Program-made: the position numbers and the translations under genes
DNA from: Candidatus Adamsella avium
Lineage (GTDB): Bacteria > Cyanobacteriota > Vampirovibrionia > Gastranaerophilales > CAJFVJ01
DNA: 64,000 nucleotides
Direction: 5' to 3'
Assembly (NCBI GenBank): GCA_904420445.1
Contig: CAJFVJ010000003.1
Location: 255,090 to 319,089, forward strand
The notes under the pieces: model-generated
Databases searched by the model: none
What the model was told of the DNA's origin: nothing
The model's input: only the letters and a program-made list of their open reading frames with translations
In this document: positions 18,101 to 28,073 of the stretch, in pieces
Layout of the letters: each line of letters starts with the position of its first letter
Position numbering within the stretch: the stretch's first letter is position 1

Positions 18101-18872
18101 TGTTTGTATAATATATCAAACCTGCTGAAATACATATTATAAGAATACTTATAACTGAAGCAGCGGGAACTCCGGATATATTTAAAACACTATCTATTCT
18201 TATAGACTCTATCACCAATCTTAGAGCCGAATACAATATTAAATAAGAAAAAAATATCCCTCCATCTCTCCTAGCAAACAGTTTTCTCATAATAAAGAAC
18301 AAAATCAAAAATATAACAACATCTCCGATTCCCTCATATAAAAAAGTCGGATGATATGTATCATAATCCATGTACTCAACCCTACGCTTCTCTATCGGAA
18401 TAAAAACACCCCACGGCAAATCTGTCGGTCTGCCATAAGCTTCTGAGTTGAAAAAATTCCCTATCCTTCCTATTGCCTGAGCAACAGGAAGCCCGAAAGA
18501 AACAATATCAGCATACTTCAAAAAAGACAGATTATGCTTTTTCAAAAAGATATAACCGCCCAAAATCCCGCCTAAAACAGCACCATGAATAGATAACCCT
18601 CCATTCTGTATCATAAAAACTTCAAACGGATTTTCCATATAATAGCCTGAGCACAACAGAACATAATACACCCTCGCACCGACTATTCCACAAGGAATTA
18701 TCCACAGCATAAGGTCATAGAGGGTTTCTCTCTCCAAAGAGGGATAATATTTTTTCATCACAAAAAAAGAAACAAAAAATCCTGCAACTATAGCAAGTGC
18801 AATGAATAATCCGTAATAATAAATATTTATCCCCCAAAAACTAAATAAAACATCAGAGGGAGATTGAAACAT
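18084..18872 (-). CDS. lgt: Prolipoprotein diacylglyceryl transferase
   Basis: 262 aa. It is a polytopic membrane protein with the Lgt block GRIGNFFNSEAYGRPTDLPWGV. Confidence 0.95.
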   Translation of the reverse strand: MFQSPSDVLFSFWGINIYYYGLFIALAIVAGFFVSFFVMKKYYPSLERETLYDLMLWIIPCGIVGARVYYVLLCSGYYMENPFEVFMIQNGGLSIHGAVLGGILGGYIFLKKHNLSFLKYADIVSFGLPVAQAIGRIGNFFNSEAYGRPTDLPWGVFIPIEKRRVEYMDYDTYHPTFLYEGIGDVVIFLILFFIMRKLFARRDGGIFFSYLILYSALRLVIESIRIDSVLNISGVPAASVISILIICISAGLIYYTNRKREC

Positions 18873-19517
18873 CTAATCTTCTCCTTCATCTTCTGAGTCA
18901 TCAGAGTTAACTTTTTTTATTTCTTCTTTCAAAAACGCAATCTGGTCTTTTATTTTTGAATTTTCTTTCTCATCTTTGCTCAAAGATATGTATTTTTCAT
19001 AATTTGAAATTGCATAACCATAACATGCAACAACCTCTGATTTCTTATCTCCTTCCAAAACTTCCGCACCAGATTTGTTCCCTGATAAAAAATTTTCATA
19101 ACATCTGAGTTCTTCTGTTTTTTCATTTTTCTCAGCGTTATCATCTTCTCCACCTTCTGAAGATTGAATAGCTGCCCCAATTTCTTCATATACAACCGCT
19201 GATGAATAATAGGCATCTTTCAAATTCTTATCAATAGAAATCGCTCTTTGAAGATTTTCCAAAGACTTTATATATTCACCCTTCTTATAATACGCTATCC
19301 CTAAGTTATAATAAGTCGAAGGATACCTTGGATCTAAATCATTTATAGAATTGAGGCGTTCTATCGCCTTATCATACTCTCCATTCTGCATATAACCTGC
19401 AGCTTTCTCATTCAGTGTGTTTATATCAACCTTTGACATGCATCCTGTCAAAAAAATTATGCACAGAAAACACAAAGACAAAAAAGAAATTTTCTTAAAC
19501 ATCATCAAAATCCTCAT
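18873..19517 (-). CDS. TPR-repeat lipoprotein
   Basis: 214 aa. It has a signal peptide with lipobox LTGC, TPR repeats (YYNLGIAYYKKGEY...) and an acidic tail. Its stop codon abuts the lgt start. Confidence 0.8.
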   Translation of the reverse strand: MRILMMFKKISFLSLCFLCIIFLTGCMSKVDINTLNEKAAGYMQNGEYDKAIERLNSINDLDPRYPSTYYNLGIAYYKKGEYIKSLENLQRAISIDKNLKDAYYSSAVVYEEIGAAIQSSEGGEDDNAEKNEKTEELRCYENFLSGNKSGAEVLEGDKKSEVVACYGYAISNYEKYISLSKDEKENSKIKDQIAFLKEEIKKVNSDDSEDEGED

Positions 19518-19550
19518 AAATTAATATAAAAATTATTTTATCAAAATACA

Positions 19551-19859
19551 TTACTCGAGTGAACTAGCAATCTCTTCCAGTTTTGATAATAAAACTTTTG
19601 CATCTCCCGATATTTTTATTCTCTTCTGCTTGCTCTTATCTCCTGATAATATAACTATGCAGGACTTTGCAACACGAAAAGTTTTTGACAAAAGATTTAT
19701 ACACTCCGCATTCGCACGCCCATCAACAGGCGGAGAATTGAGTTTTATCTTCAAAACGCCGTCCTCAACAGAAGAAAAAGCACTTCTTGAAGAACCTGGA
19801 CTCACCTTTATGCAAAAAATTATTCCATCATCTGTAGTTTTTATATCAATCATATTCAT
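19551..19859 (-). CDS. YggU/DUF167 family protein
   Basis: 102 aa with the pattern VSPGSSRS...LKIKLNSPPVDGRAN...GDKSKQKRIKI. Confidence 0.85.
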   Translation of the reverse strand: MNMIDIKTTDDGIIFCIKVSPGSSRSAFSSVEDGVLKIKLNSPPVDGRANAECINLLSKTFRVAKSCIVILSGDKSKQKRIKISGDAKVLLSKLEEIASSLE

Positions 19860-19933
19860 GAAACCATATTAACAGTTTGAAAAAAGAGTTATATAATTAA
19901 AATAATACTTGAAATATACAGATAATAAAAATA

Positions 19934-22168
19934 ATGAACGAAAAATTATTATACGAGAAGCTGGAAGAAAAACTCCTCTCTCAACAAAGAAAACCAGAAG
20001 ATATAGAAAAAATCAAAGAGGCATATGAAACAGCCTCAAAACACCACGCAGGACAATATCGTGTAAGCGAAGAACCCTATATAATACACCCTATAGAAGT
20101 TGCAAGGATATTAGCCGACTTACAGGCAGATACCCCGACTCTGTGTGCAGCTCTTTTGCATGATGTTCTCGAAGATACGGATACAAAACCTGAAGAAATA
20201 AAAGACAAATTCGGAGAAGAAGTTTTGAAACTCGTCAACGGAGTTACAAAACTGAGCAAAATACAATTCAAATCAAAAGAAGAACAACAATCTGAAAACT
20301 TCAGAAGAATGTTCATCGCCATGGCTCAGGATATCAGAGTGATACTCCTCAAACTAGCTGACAGACTGCATAATATGAGAACTCTCAACTACATGACGCC
20401 AGAAAAGCAAAAAAAAATTGCTGTAGAAACTCTCGAAATCTTCGCTCCTCTGGCTAACAGACTCGGAATCGGAAAAATTAAAGCTGAACTCGAAGACCTC
20501 TGTCTTCGATATATTAATCCCGAAAAATATTACGAAATAGCCCGTCTTGTTGCCCAAAGCAAAGCAGAACGGGAACTGATGGTTGAAACACTCATCGAAA
20601 AAATCCAAATCGCTCTGAAAAACGCAAAAATCAAAGCTTCAATCACAGGTCGTTCAAAACACTACTACAGCATCTACCGCAAAATGGAAAAACTCCAAAA
20701 ATCATACCACGACCTCTATGATATAACAGCAGTCAGAGTAATGGTTGATACGGAAAAAGAATGCTATGAAGTTCTAGGATTGATTCACTCCCAGTTCAAA
20801 CCAATCCCGGGGCGTTTCAAAGATTATATAGCAATGCCAAAAAATAACCTATACCGCTCATTGCATACATCAGTAGTCGGTCCGAGAGGGAAACCGATGG
20901 AAGTGCAAATAAGAACCTATGAAATGCATGAAGAAGCTGAATACGGTATCGCTGCACACTGGAAATACAAAGAATCAGGGGTATCAACTACCGCCTCAAG
21001 TGCCATGGATAAAAAATTTGCATGGCTGCGCAAACTCGTTGAGCTCGAACAAGATGTTACAAACGCAAAAGAATATGTCGATATGGTAAAAATAGACATA
21101 TTCTCAGATCAGGTTTTTGTTTTCTCGCCAAAAGGCGATGTCTATGACCTTGTTAGCGGGGCAACACCGATTGACTTTGCCTATCGTGTCCACACGGAAG
21201 TCGGACACAGAACGACAGGAGCGCTTGTTAACGGCAGAATAGTTACACTCGATACAAAACTCAACAACGGGGATATTGTCGAAATACTTACATCAAAACA
21301 CCCGAATCCCCGCCTCGACTGGTTGAATATTGTCGCCACAAATCAGGCAAAATCAAAAATAAAACACTGGTTCAGAAAAAATCAAAAAGAACAACATACA
21401 ATGGCTGGAAGAGCCTCGCTTGAACAAGAGCTTACTAAAGCTGTCTTTGATGAATACAATAAAAACGGAAAATTCCTTGAAATAGCAAAACTGCTGAATT
21501 ATCAAACGGAAGAAGACCTCTTTGCAGGGCTTGGCTATGGCGAAACAACAATCAATAAAATAATCAGCATAATAAACAAATTCAAAAAAGCAGAATCTGA
21601 AGACGGCAGCATAATCAAAACCTCAGCAAAAAAATCCGATAAAAAAGGCGATACTATCATTGGGCTTGAAGGCTTGTTATATAACATCTCAAAATGCTGC
21701 ATGCCTATCCCCGGAGAACCTATCATTGGAGTAATCACTAGAAGCAGAGGAGTCAGCGTTCATAGAATTGACTGCCAGTGTCTTGATGGAGTAGACCCTG
21801 AAAGATTAATGAAAATAAGCTGGGCAAACACAAACCCCGATAAAAAATATGAAGTTAACCTCAGAATAGAAGCCAATGACAGAATAGGACTTCTCCAGAG
21901 TATCGTAGGCAAAATAGCCGATAACAACGCAAATATTACAAGAGCAAACACAAAATCTAACGAAAAGAAATTTGCTGTAATCGAACTCGGAATAGAAATT
22001 TCTGACATAGACAGCCTCAATAAAATAATCACAGCCCTTCTCGGGCTTCCTGATGTCCTATCTGTCAAAAGAATCAGAAGCATCGCTCAGATGGGGCATA
22101 AAACAAATATAAAAATAAACAAAAACAAAAAAGTTCAAAAACAGCCTCAGAAAAAGAAGACGACCTGA
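19934..22168 (+). CDS. rel: Bifunctional (p)ppGpp synthetase/hydrolase (RelA/SpoT homolog)
   Basis: 744 aa. The domain order is an HD hydrolase (HPIEVA...LHDVLEDT), a synthetase, then TGS and ACT. Confidence 0.95.
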   Translation: MNEKLLYEKLEEKLLSQQRKPEDIEKIKEAYETASKHHAGQYRVSEEPYIIHPIEVARILADLQADTPTLCAALLHDVLEDTDTKPEEIKDKFGEEVLKLVNGVTKLSKIQFKSKEEQQSENFRRMFIAMAQDIRVILLKLADRLHNMRTLNYMTPEKQKKIAVETLEIFAPLANRLGIGKIKAELEDLCLRYINPEKYYEIARLVAQSKAERELMVETLIEKIQIALKNAKIKASITGRSKHYYSIYRKMEKLQKSYHDLYDITAVRVMVDTEKECYEVLGLIHSQFKPIPGRFKDYIAMPKNNLYRSLHTSVVGPRGKPMEVQIRTYEMHEEAEYGIAAHWKYKESGVSTTASSAMDKKFAWLRKLVELEQDVTNAKEYVDMVKIDIFSDQVFVFSPKGDVYDLVSGATPIDFAYRVHTEVGHRTTGALVNGRIVTLDTKLNNGDIVEILTSKHPNPRLDWLNIVATNQAKSKIKHWFRKNQKEQHTMAGRASLEQELTKAVFDEYNKNGKFLEIAKLLNYQTEEDLFAGLGYGETTINKIISIINKFKKAESEDGSIIKTSAKKSDKKGDTIIGLEGLLYNISKCCMPIPGEPIIGVITRSRGVSVHRIDCQCLDGVDPERLMKISWANTNPDKKYEVNLRIEANDRIGLLQSIVGKIADNNANITRANTKSNEKKFAVIELGIEISDIDSLNKIITALLGLPDVLSVKRIRSIAQMGHKTNIKINKNKKVQKQPQKKKTT

Positions 22169-22171
22169 TCC

Positions 22172-23080
22172 CTAATCTACAGATGAATTGACAACTTCTG
22201 ATTCATAGGGTTCAAGATGAATAAACACTGATACGTTATTAACCCTCTGTGCAATATGCCCTTCTATTTCATCGCAAAGGTCATGTCCTCTCTTGATTGT
22301 CAAATCTGAAGGAACAGAAAGAGTCAAATCAATCAGCTTCATCTTGCCTGCTTTTCTTGTCTTTATGTTTTTCAATTCACATATTCTATCAGGAATATAT
22401 TCTGAAACGACATCTCTTATGGCTGCTATATCTTCTTTTTTTATGGAAGCATCAAGCAGATTTGCACCGGCATTCCGGCATAAAGATATCGATGTTTTGA
22501 AAATCATCAAAGAAACCAAAATAGCTATAATAGGGTCTAATATGTTGAATCCGGTAAATTTTATCAACACTAACCCGAGCATAACACCGCCTGAGGTCAT
22601 GACATCAGTTTTCAAGTGTTCGGCATCCGCAACAAGTGCAATCGAATCACTTTTTCTGCCTATTTTCATAATATATGCGCTGATAATAAGATTTAGAAGA
22701 AAAGATATCCCCATCACAACAATGCCGACAGTCGGCTCTATCGAATGAAAATTTTTCGAAACAATCTTCTCAACAGATTCATAAACAATAAATACAGCGG
22801 CAGCAAAAATCAACAGCCCTTCAAAAAATCCCGAAAAATCCTCAAACTTCCCATGCCCGTATTGATGGTCGCTATCAGCAGGAATTGACGACTGCCTGAC
22901 AGAAAAAAACGCAAGGAAAGACGCAAGCAAATCGCTCATGGAGTGGATTGCTTCCGAAATAATACTTATGCTCCCTGATATAACACCGGCGACAAGCTTC
23001 ATCAAAATCAAAAAAGTATTTGATAAAATCGAAATAAATGCCGCAAACTGTTTATCCTTTGATTCCTGATTCATTTTCAA
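22172..23080 (-). CDS. Cation diffusion facilitator family divalent-metal efflux transporter
   Basis: 302 aa. It has six TM helices with HSMSD and HLKTD metal-site motifs, plus a C-terminal cytoplasmic domain. Confidence 0.9.
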   Translation of the reverse strand: MKMNQESKDKQFAAFISILSNTFLILMKLVAGVISGSISIISEAIHSMSDLLASFLAFFSVRQSSIPADSDHQYGHGKFEDFSGFFEGLLIFAAAVFIVYESVEKIVSKNFHSIEPTVGIVVMGISFLLNLIISAYIMKIGRKSDSIALVADAEHLKTDVMTSGGVMLGLVLIKFTGFNILDPIIAILVSLMIFKTSISLCRNAGANLLDASIKKEDIAAIRDVVSEYIPDRICELKNIKTRKAGKMKLIDLTLSVPSDLTIKRGHDLCDEIEGHIAQRVNNVSVFIHLEPYESEVVNSSVD

Positions 23081-23150
23081 CTATACCTGCTAGCTAATCA
23101 ACCAATTTTATATTATATCAAATCATAAGAAAAGAACTTTAAGTTTTTAA

Positions 23151-23184
23151 CAAGAAATAATTATTAAGTTATTGTTATTTCTTG
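23151..23184. promoter_or_regulatory. Perfect 10-bp inverted repeat in the CDF / rimI divergent promoter region
   Basis: Arms caagaaataa (23151-23160) and ttatttcttg (23175-23184) with a 14-nt spacer. No T-run follows, so it is not a terminator. Confidence 0.35.
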
Positions 23185-23218
23185 ATTTGAGAAAGCTGTA
23201 TTTATTATAATTCTTAGT

Positions 23219-23761
23219 ATGGAGAAGTTAAAAATAAAAATCAACAAAATGCGCAAAAAAGACATAAGCTCTATTATGGAAATAGAGAGGAAAGCTTATG
23301 GCACATTTCACTGGTCAGAATCAGGCTTCGAAGCGGAAATAGAAAACTCTCTCGGCAACTACTTTGTCATAAAAACAGATGACGACAGAGAAGAGTTATT
23401 AGGCTATTGCGGTTTTTGGGCAATTCTTGAAGAAGCTCATATAACAACAATCGCTGTAAAAGACACTTATAGAGGACATCACCTCGGAGAATTGCTTCTT
23501 CAGCAAATGATAGATACAGGTTATCAAAAAGACATAAAATGGTTCACACTAGAAGTGCGTATGTCAAATATAGTTGCTCAGGAATTGTATAAAAAATACG
23601 GATTTCAAAGCCTCGGGCTGAGAAAAAAATACTATCAGGACACACAGGAGGATGCTCTGATTATGTGGACTGAAAGCATCTGGAGCGAAAAATTCAAAAC
23701 AAAATATACCGAACTAAAAAATAATCTGCAAGAAAAACTTGATATAACAACAAATTTATAA
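23219..23761 (+). CDS. rimI: Ribosomal-protein-alanine N-acetyltransferase (GNAT)
   Basis: 180 aa with a GNAT core (HITTIAVKDTYRGHHLGELLL). The start could be the internal Met at 23249. Confidence 0.8.
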   Translation: MEKLKIKINKMRKKDISSIMEIERKAYGTFHWSESGFEAEIENSLGNYFVIKTDDDREELLGYCGFWAILEEAHITTIAVKDTYRGHHLGELLLQQMIDTGYQKDIKWFTLEVRMSNIVAQELYKKYGFQSLGLRKKYYQDTQEDALIMWTESIWSEKFKTKYTELKNNLQEKLDITTNL

Positions 23762-23779
23762 AAAAGAGGGAGAAGAGCG

Positions 23780-24082
23780 TTGAATAATCTGAAAAAATTT
23801 CTTATATTATCAATCATCCTGACATCTGCAATGAATATTGCAACGGCAGAAGATTTAACAAATACTGTTATAAAACCGACTGTGAAAGTAACCCGAGATA
23901 AACCGCCTCAAAATACAAACAAAGTTCTCAATGCCGAATACAGATGTGTTTATCCTGCAGGCAGCTGCATTGTCAGCATGTACGATGATAATACAAGCCG
24001 CTCTGCCAGCTGCGACTATGCGGTAAGCCCGAGAAAAGCAATAATCGATGCACTTGAAGGAAAATGCGAAAAAATAAAATAA
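23780..24082 (+). CDS. Hypothetical secreted 4-Cys protein
   Basis: 100 aa with a TTG start after AGAGGGAGAAG. The signal peptide ends ...NIATA-ED. Confidence 0.5.
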   Translation: MNNLKKFLILSIILTSAMNIATAEDLTNTVIKPTVKVTRDKPPQNTNKVLNAEYRCVYPAGSCIVSMYDDNTSRSASCDYAVSPRKAIIDALEGKCEKIK

Positions 24083-24101
24083 TCAAAGGATAACAAACAA
24101 A

Positions 24102-24782
24102 ATGAGGAAGAAGAAAAAAGGTTATCTGAGCTATGCTGATTTTCATGACCACTACCCGAAATTCAATTTGGGGACTCTCGTTGTGGCTATTTGCTGCACA
24201 TGCTTGCTGATATCCTCTTCTTTCATACAGCTCTTGCCTGGAATTGTCACAATCCCCGAGCAGTTGATTACTGACCCGATAAACTTCTTCAACAGCGGAT
24301 TTTCTCTCAAACAGTTCGCTCTCAGCTTCAACTATCTTCCTCAGGTTCCGGTAGCACTTTTCATTGGAGCATTGCTTGGACCGAGACACGGCACTTTTGC
24401 GGTAATACTCTATATACTTGTAGCCTTGTTAGGATATCCCGTTTTTTCAATGGGCGGAGGATTTAACTACATTACAAATCCGTCATTCGGATATATTATC
24501 GGCTTTATATTCGGGGCTTATATCGTCGGAAAAAATCTTGAACATAATGTTTCTACACTGTCAATTTTCTTATCTTCAGTTATCGGGGTCCTGACTATAC
24601 ACATAATCGGCATCTTATTTCTGATGTTAGCATTGTTTATACACAAAGAACTGGCTTCCTCAATTCTCGGGTACATCTGGTTATTCACAGGAATTCAATT
24701 CATCTATGACATAGCAATCAGCATAATAGCCATCTCCATTGCACGCCCTGTTCGAGGAGTACTCTGGCTTGCTATGAATTGA
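24102..24782 (+). CDS. bioY: Biotin transporter BioY
   Basis: 226 aa with the BioY block GALLGPRHG...GYPVFSMGGGFNYITNPSFGYIIGF. Confidence 0.85.
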   Translation: MRKKKKGYLSYADFHDHYPKFNLGTLVVAICCTCLLISSSFIQLLPGIVTIPEQLITDPINFFNSGFSLKQFALSFNYLPQVPVALFIGALLGPRHGTFAVILYILVALLGYPVFSMGGGFNYITNPSFGYIIGFIFGAYIVGKNLEHNVSTLSIFLSSVIGVLTIHIIGILFLMLALFIHKELASSILGYIWLFTGIQFIYDIAISIIAISIARPVRGVLWLAMN

Positions 24783-25083
24783 AATATTTTTTGTCATTGA
24801 AAAAATATAAAAGTGCATCAAGACTCTTTGGTATTTCTAACCCCAAATAAGTATAAGCTTTCGCCATCATCAAAATTAAATCATTCCAGGAATACATATC
24901 AACATAAGACGTGATAATAATATCATCGACTTTCATATAATATGTTTTCTTTATCGTATAAGTATCTTTTACGACAGCCTCTTTCATTATCTCAAAAGAT
25001 ATATTTTTCTCTTCGCAATAATCAATAAGCGGCTTAAAACAAGGATGTTCCTTATATTTATTTCTCAAATTCTGTATAGACAT
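24772..25083 (-). CDS. Hypothetical protein
   Basis: The track ORF is 24772..25110. I prefer the start at 25083 (MSIQNLRNKY), which follows GGAGGAG. Confidence 0.5.
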   Translation of the reverse strand: MSIQNLRNKYKEHPCFKPLIDYCEEKNISFEIMKEAVVKDTYTIKKTYYMKVDDIIITSYVDMYSWNDLILMMAKAYTYLGLEIPKSLDALLYFFNDKKYFNS

Positions 25084-25160
25084 AACTCCTCCTGCCTTGT
25101 TTTTCAACAAGTTATCCTATTTTATCAGTCTATACAAAGTACACCATCCTATAAGAGGGC

Positions 25161-26345
25161 TTACCGCCTGACTAATTCATCAATTAGCTCTATTGATTTG
25201 CGATGAATACTTACATTATGAACTCTGAGAATATTAATCTTCTTCGACGCCAAATAGGCACTCACGGCGAGGGTAGCTTCATCACGGGAAGAAATATCCT
25301 CTCCGGCAATTTTTTTTATAACTGATTTTCGAGAAACCCCGGCAAGCAAAGGACATCCAAGTGAAAAGAATTCGTCCATTCGTCGAATCAGTTCCAAATT
25401 TTCTTCATAAGTCTTATCAAAACCAATACCAACATCAAGAATTATATTTTTTTTATCAATACCGCATGAGAGTGCAAAATCTACCTTCTTTGCAAGCGCA
25501 AAAAATACATCATCAACGACCCCTCTTTTATACTCATGTGTTATCTGCATATTTATGGCATTTTCTGAATGCATCAACACGACAGGAACTCCATAATCAC
25601 TTATGACATCAGCCATAGATGGGTCATAAGATAACCCCGAAATATCATTTATCATATCAGCGCCTGCATCAAGCACAGCTCTCGCAGTTTTTGAGTTCCT
25701 CGTATCAACACTGATTGGAATATCATCATCAATTTGTCTTATACCCTCAATTATTGGGAGAAGACGTCTTATCTCCTCTTCCTGCTCAATCGGCTGAGCA
25801 CCGGGGCGTGTTGACTCAGCCCCTATATCAAGAATGTCGCTCTTTGCTATCAACTCTTTTGCATGCATTAAAGCAGCATCTTTCTCAAAATATTTACCGC
25901 CATCAGAAAAAGAATCAGGCGTAACATTCAATATTCCCATAAGAAAAGTCTTTTTCTCAAAATCAAACAGCTTTTTGCGAATCTTCATCGGAGCCACTTT
26001 GGGAATAATTTGTTTTTCTAGTTCAACAGCTATTTTTGATAAGGAAAAAGGCTGCTTTTTCAGCTTACCGCATATAGAAATAATCTGAGCAACACTTCCC
26101 CCCAATAAAACATCAGAAGAGTCAATTTTGCACATCAAAACATCCCGATGAACAGCGGCATCACTGCCCAGAGATAAAGCCGTCTGTTTTATAATCGTTG
26201 CCTGATAAGGTGCAAGACCGAAAATTTTGAATAAACGATAATCATACTTCTTCGACGCAGAATCAACATATCCCGAATCAAATCCGATACGAGCCATCTC
26301 TTCTTTTGAAAATCGGCTGTCTATCTGACGTATCAAAACATCCAA
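25161..26345 (-). CDS. folP: Dihydropteroate synthase with an extra N-terminal domain of about 130 aa
   Basis: 394 aa. The pterin-binding core starts at GILNVTPDSFSDGG, and the preceding 130 aa are unassigned. Confidence 0.9.
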   Translation of the reverse strand: MDVLIRQIDSRFSKEEMARIGFDSGYVDSASKKYDYRLFKIFGLAPYQATIIKQTALSLGSDAAVHRDVLMCKIDSSDVLLGGSVAQIISICGKLKKQPFSLSKIAVELEKQIIPKVAPMKIRKKLFDFEKKTFLMGILNVTPDSFSDGGKYFEKDAALMHAKELIAKSDILDIGAESTRPGAQPIEQEEEIRRLLPIIEGIRQIDDDIPISVDTRNSKTARAVLDAGADMINDISGLSYDPSMADVISDYGVPVVLMHSENAINMQITHEYKRGVVDDVFFALAKKVDFALSCGIDKKNIILDVGIGFDKTYEENLELIRRMDEFFSLGCPLLAGVSRKSVIKKIAGEDISSRDEATLAVSAYLASKKINILRVHNVSIHRKSIELIDELVRR

Positions 26346-26347
26346 AA

Positions 26348-27028
26348 CTACATAACACCTTTTTTTCTTGCTTTTACCAACTCTGCATTTATCATAGCAT
26401 AAATTTTATCGGTATTCCCCATCGACAAATCAAGGAATTTGCACCCCATAACATAAAAAGGAGCTGAATTTTCAAGATTAACCTCATGAATATAAATAGG
26501 TTTTACATGGTTATCAACCTTGATACCCTTATATTCAAAAACAACCTTGTATTCATATTTTTCGCTTATTTCTATATTCGAAACAGTCATCACTGCAATA
26601 CCGTTTGCAGACATGTTGTAGCATTTAAGCTTAAATTTCTTAAACACAGCATTTCTATAAATTATCTGAAACTCCAGAGGAAATGCAAAATCAAGACGGA
26701 CATATTCCCTTCTTTGAACTTTATTCAAAACTTCAGGAAGAGATACAAGAATTCCGTCATTTTCCGTCCCCTCAAAAACTCCGAGAACAGGCACCTCAGC
26801 GCCCCATATACCTGATTTGTTTATAAGAAGAAGCCCGACAACACCGCCGTCTTCTATCGGCAAAACATCTCCATCAGAATCATGTATCAAAGATAAAAAA
26901 ACTTTTTCATTATCACAGGCAATAACACTTGTTTCATACTGATTTTCATCATTCATATAATTTCTGAATAATGAAACCCTCTGACCTTCTTCAAAAAATG
27001 ATTTTATCTTTCTGAAATCATCTATCAT
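26348..27028 (-). CDS. PilZ domain protein (YcgR-like two-domain architecture)
   Basis: 226 aa. It has the c-di-GMP switch motifs QRREYVR and NMSANG (RxxxR ... D/NxSxxG). It sits directly upstream of folP. Confidence 0.7.
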   Translation of the reverse strand: MIDDFRKIKSFFEEGQRVSLFRNYMNDENQYETSVIACDNEKVFLSLIHDSDGDVLPIEDGGVVGLLLINKSGIWGAEVPVLGVFEGTENDGILVSLPEVLNKVQRREYVRLDFAFPLEFQIIYRNAVFKKFKLKCYNMSANGIAVMTVSNIEISEKYEYKVVFEYKGIKVDNHVKPIYIHEVNLENSAPFYVMGCKFLDLSMGNTDKIYAMINAELVKARKKGVM

Positions 27029-27159
27029 AATATCAATTACTATATAATTTCTGTAAGTTTCTTCTATTTTTTAAATTTTACTCTAATAAATATTCTTAGT
27101 CAAATTAAGTAGTTTTTTATTATACTATTATTAATAAGTATCAGGAGAAGCAAATAACT

Positions 27160-28065
27160 ATGAATATACTCACTGAAAAGAGAAATAAAAATACAAGAAA
27201 TATAGATATTGAAAATACATCAAAAATATTAGAACTTATCCACAAAGAAGACGAACTAGCCGTGGCTGCTGTTGAAAAATGCCTCAAAAATATAGAAAAA
27301 GCCGTAGATATAATCGTAACAAACTTCAATTCAGGAGGAAAACTATTCTACTTCGGAGCAGGAACAAGCGGGAGACTCGGAGTTCTTGATGCATCAGAAT
27401 GTCCGCCGACATTCGGGGTTTCTCCTCTTATGGTTCAGGGTTTTATTGCAGGCGGAGATAAAGCCTTGAGATACGCAATAGAAGGTGCCGAAGACTCTGA
27501 ACAACTCGCTGAAGAAGATTTTCAAAAAGCAAATCCCTCACCAAAAGACACAATATGCGCTATCTCTGCAAGCGGTAATGCAAAGTACCTCCTGACAATC
27601 CTGAAACTTGCCAGGAACAACCATATCAAAACCATATCAATCTCTTCAAACAAAGATGCCCTGATGAAAGAATATTCTGACTGTTTTATATGCGCAGAAA
27701 CAGGAGAAGAAGCAATCACTGGTTCTACAAGGATGAAAGCAGGCACCGCACAAAAACTAATTCTCAATATGCTCACAACAGCATCTATGATAAAAATCGG
27801 CAAGGTTTATGAAAACCTTATGATTGACGTAAAACCAACAAACATAAAGCTGAAAAAAAGGGCTGTTTCGATAGTAAGCGAGATAGCAAACGTATCTGAA
27901 GAAAACGCTCAAAAAGAACTTGAACACAATGGTTATAAAGTAAAACACGCTATCCTGAAACTAAAATATAACCTCTTTTTTGACGACGCTGATAAACTTT
28001 TAAATGATTTCAACGGGGTATTAAGAAAGGTATTTAATTACCTCGACAACAAAAATAAGATATAA
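27160..28065 (+). CDS. murQ: N-acetylmuramic acid 6-phosphate etherase
   Basis: 301 aa with an SIS domain (GGKLFYFGAGTSGRLGVLDASECPPTFG). Confidence 0.9.
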   Translation: MNILTEKRNKNTRNIDIENTSKILELIHKEDELAVAAVEKCLKNIEKAVDIIVTNFNSGGKLFYFGAGTSGRLGVLDASECPPTFGVSPLMVQGFIAGGDKALRYAIEGAEDSEQLAEEDFQKANPSPKDTICAISASGNAKYLLTILKLARNNHIKTISISSNKDALMKEYSDCFICAETGEEAITGSTRMKAGTAQKLILNMLTTASMIKIGKVYENLMIDVKPTNIKLKKRAVSIVSEIANVSEENAQKELEHNGYKVKHAILKLKYNLFFDDADKLLNDFNGVLRKVFNYLDNKNKI

Positions 28066-28073
28066 TTCTAATT

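Noticed and set aside
22293-22748. A 151-aa plus-strand ORF.
   Set aside because: It lies entirely antisense to the well-supported CDF transporter gene. The same reasoning applies to 32090..32560 (antisense to the nucleotidyltransferase), 11822..12229 and 12822..13169 (antisense to mutL), 52696..53049 (antisense to ubiE) and 23973..24389 (antisense to bioY).
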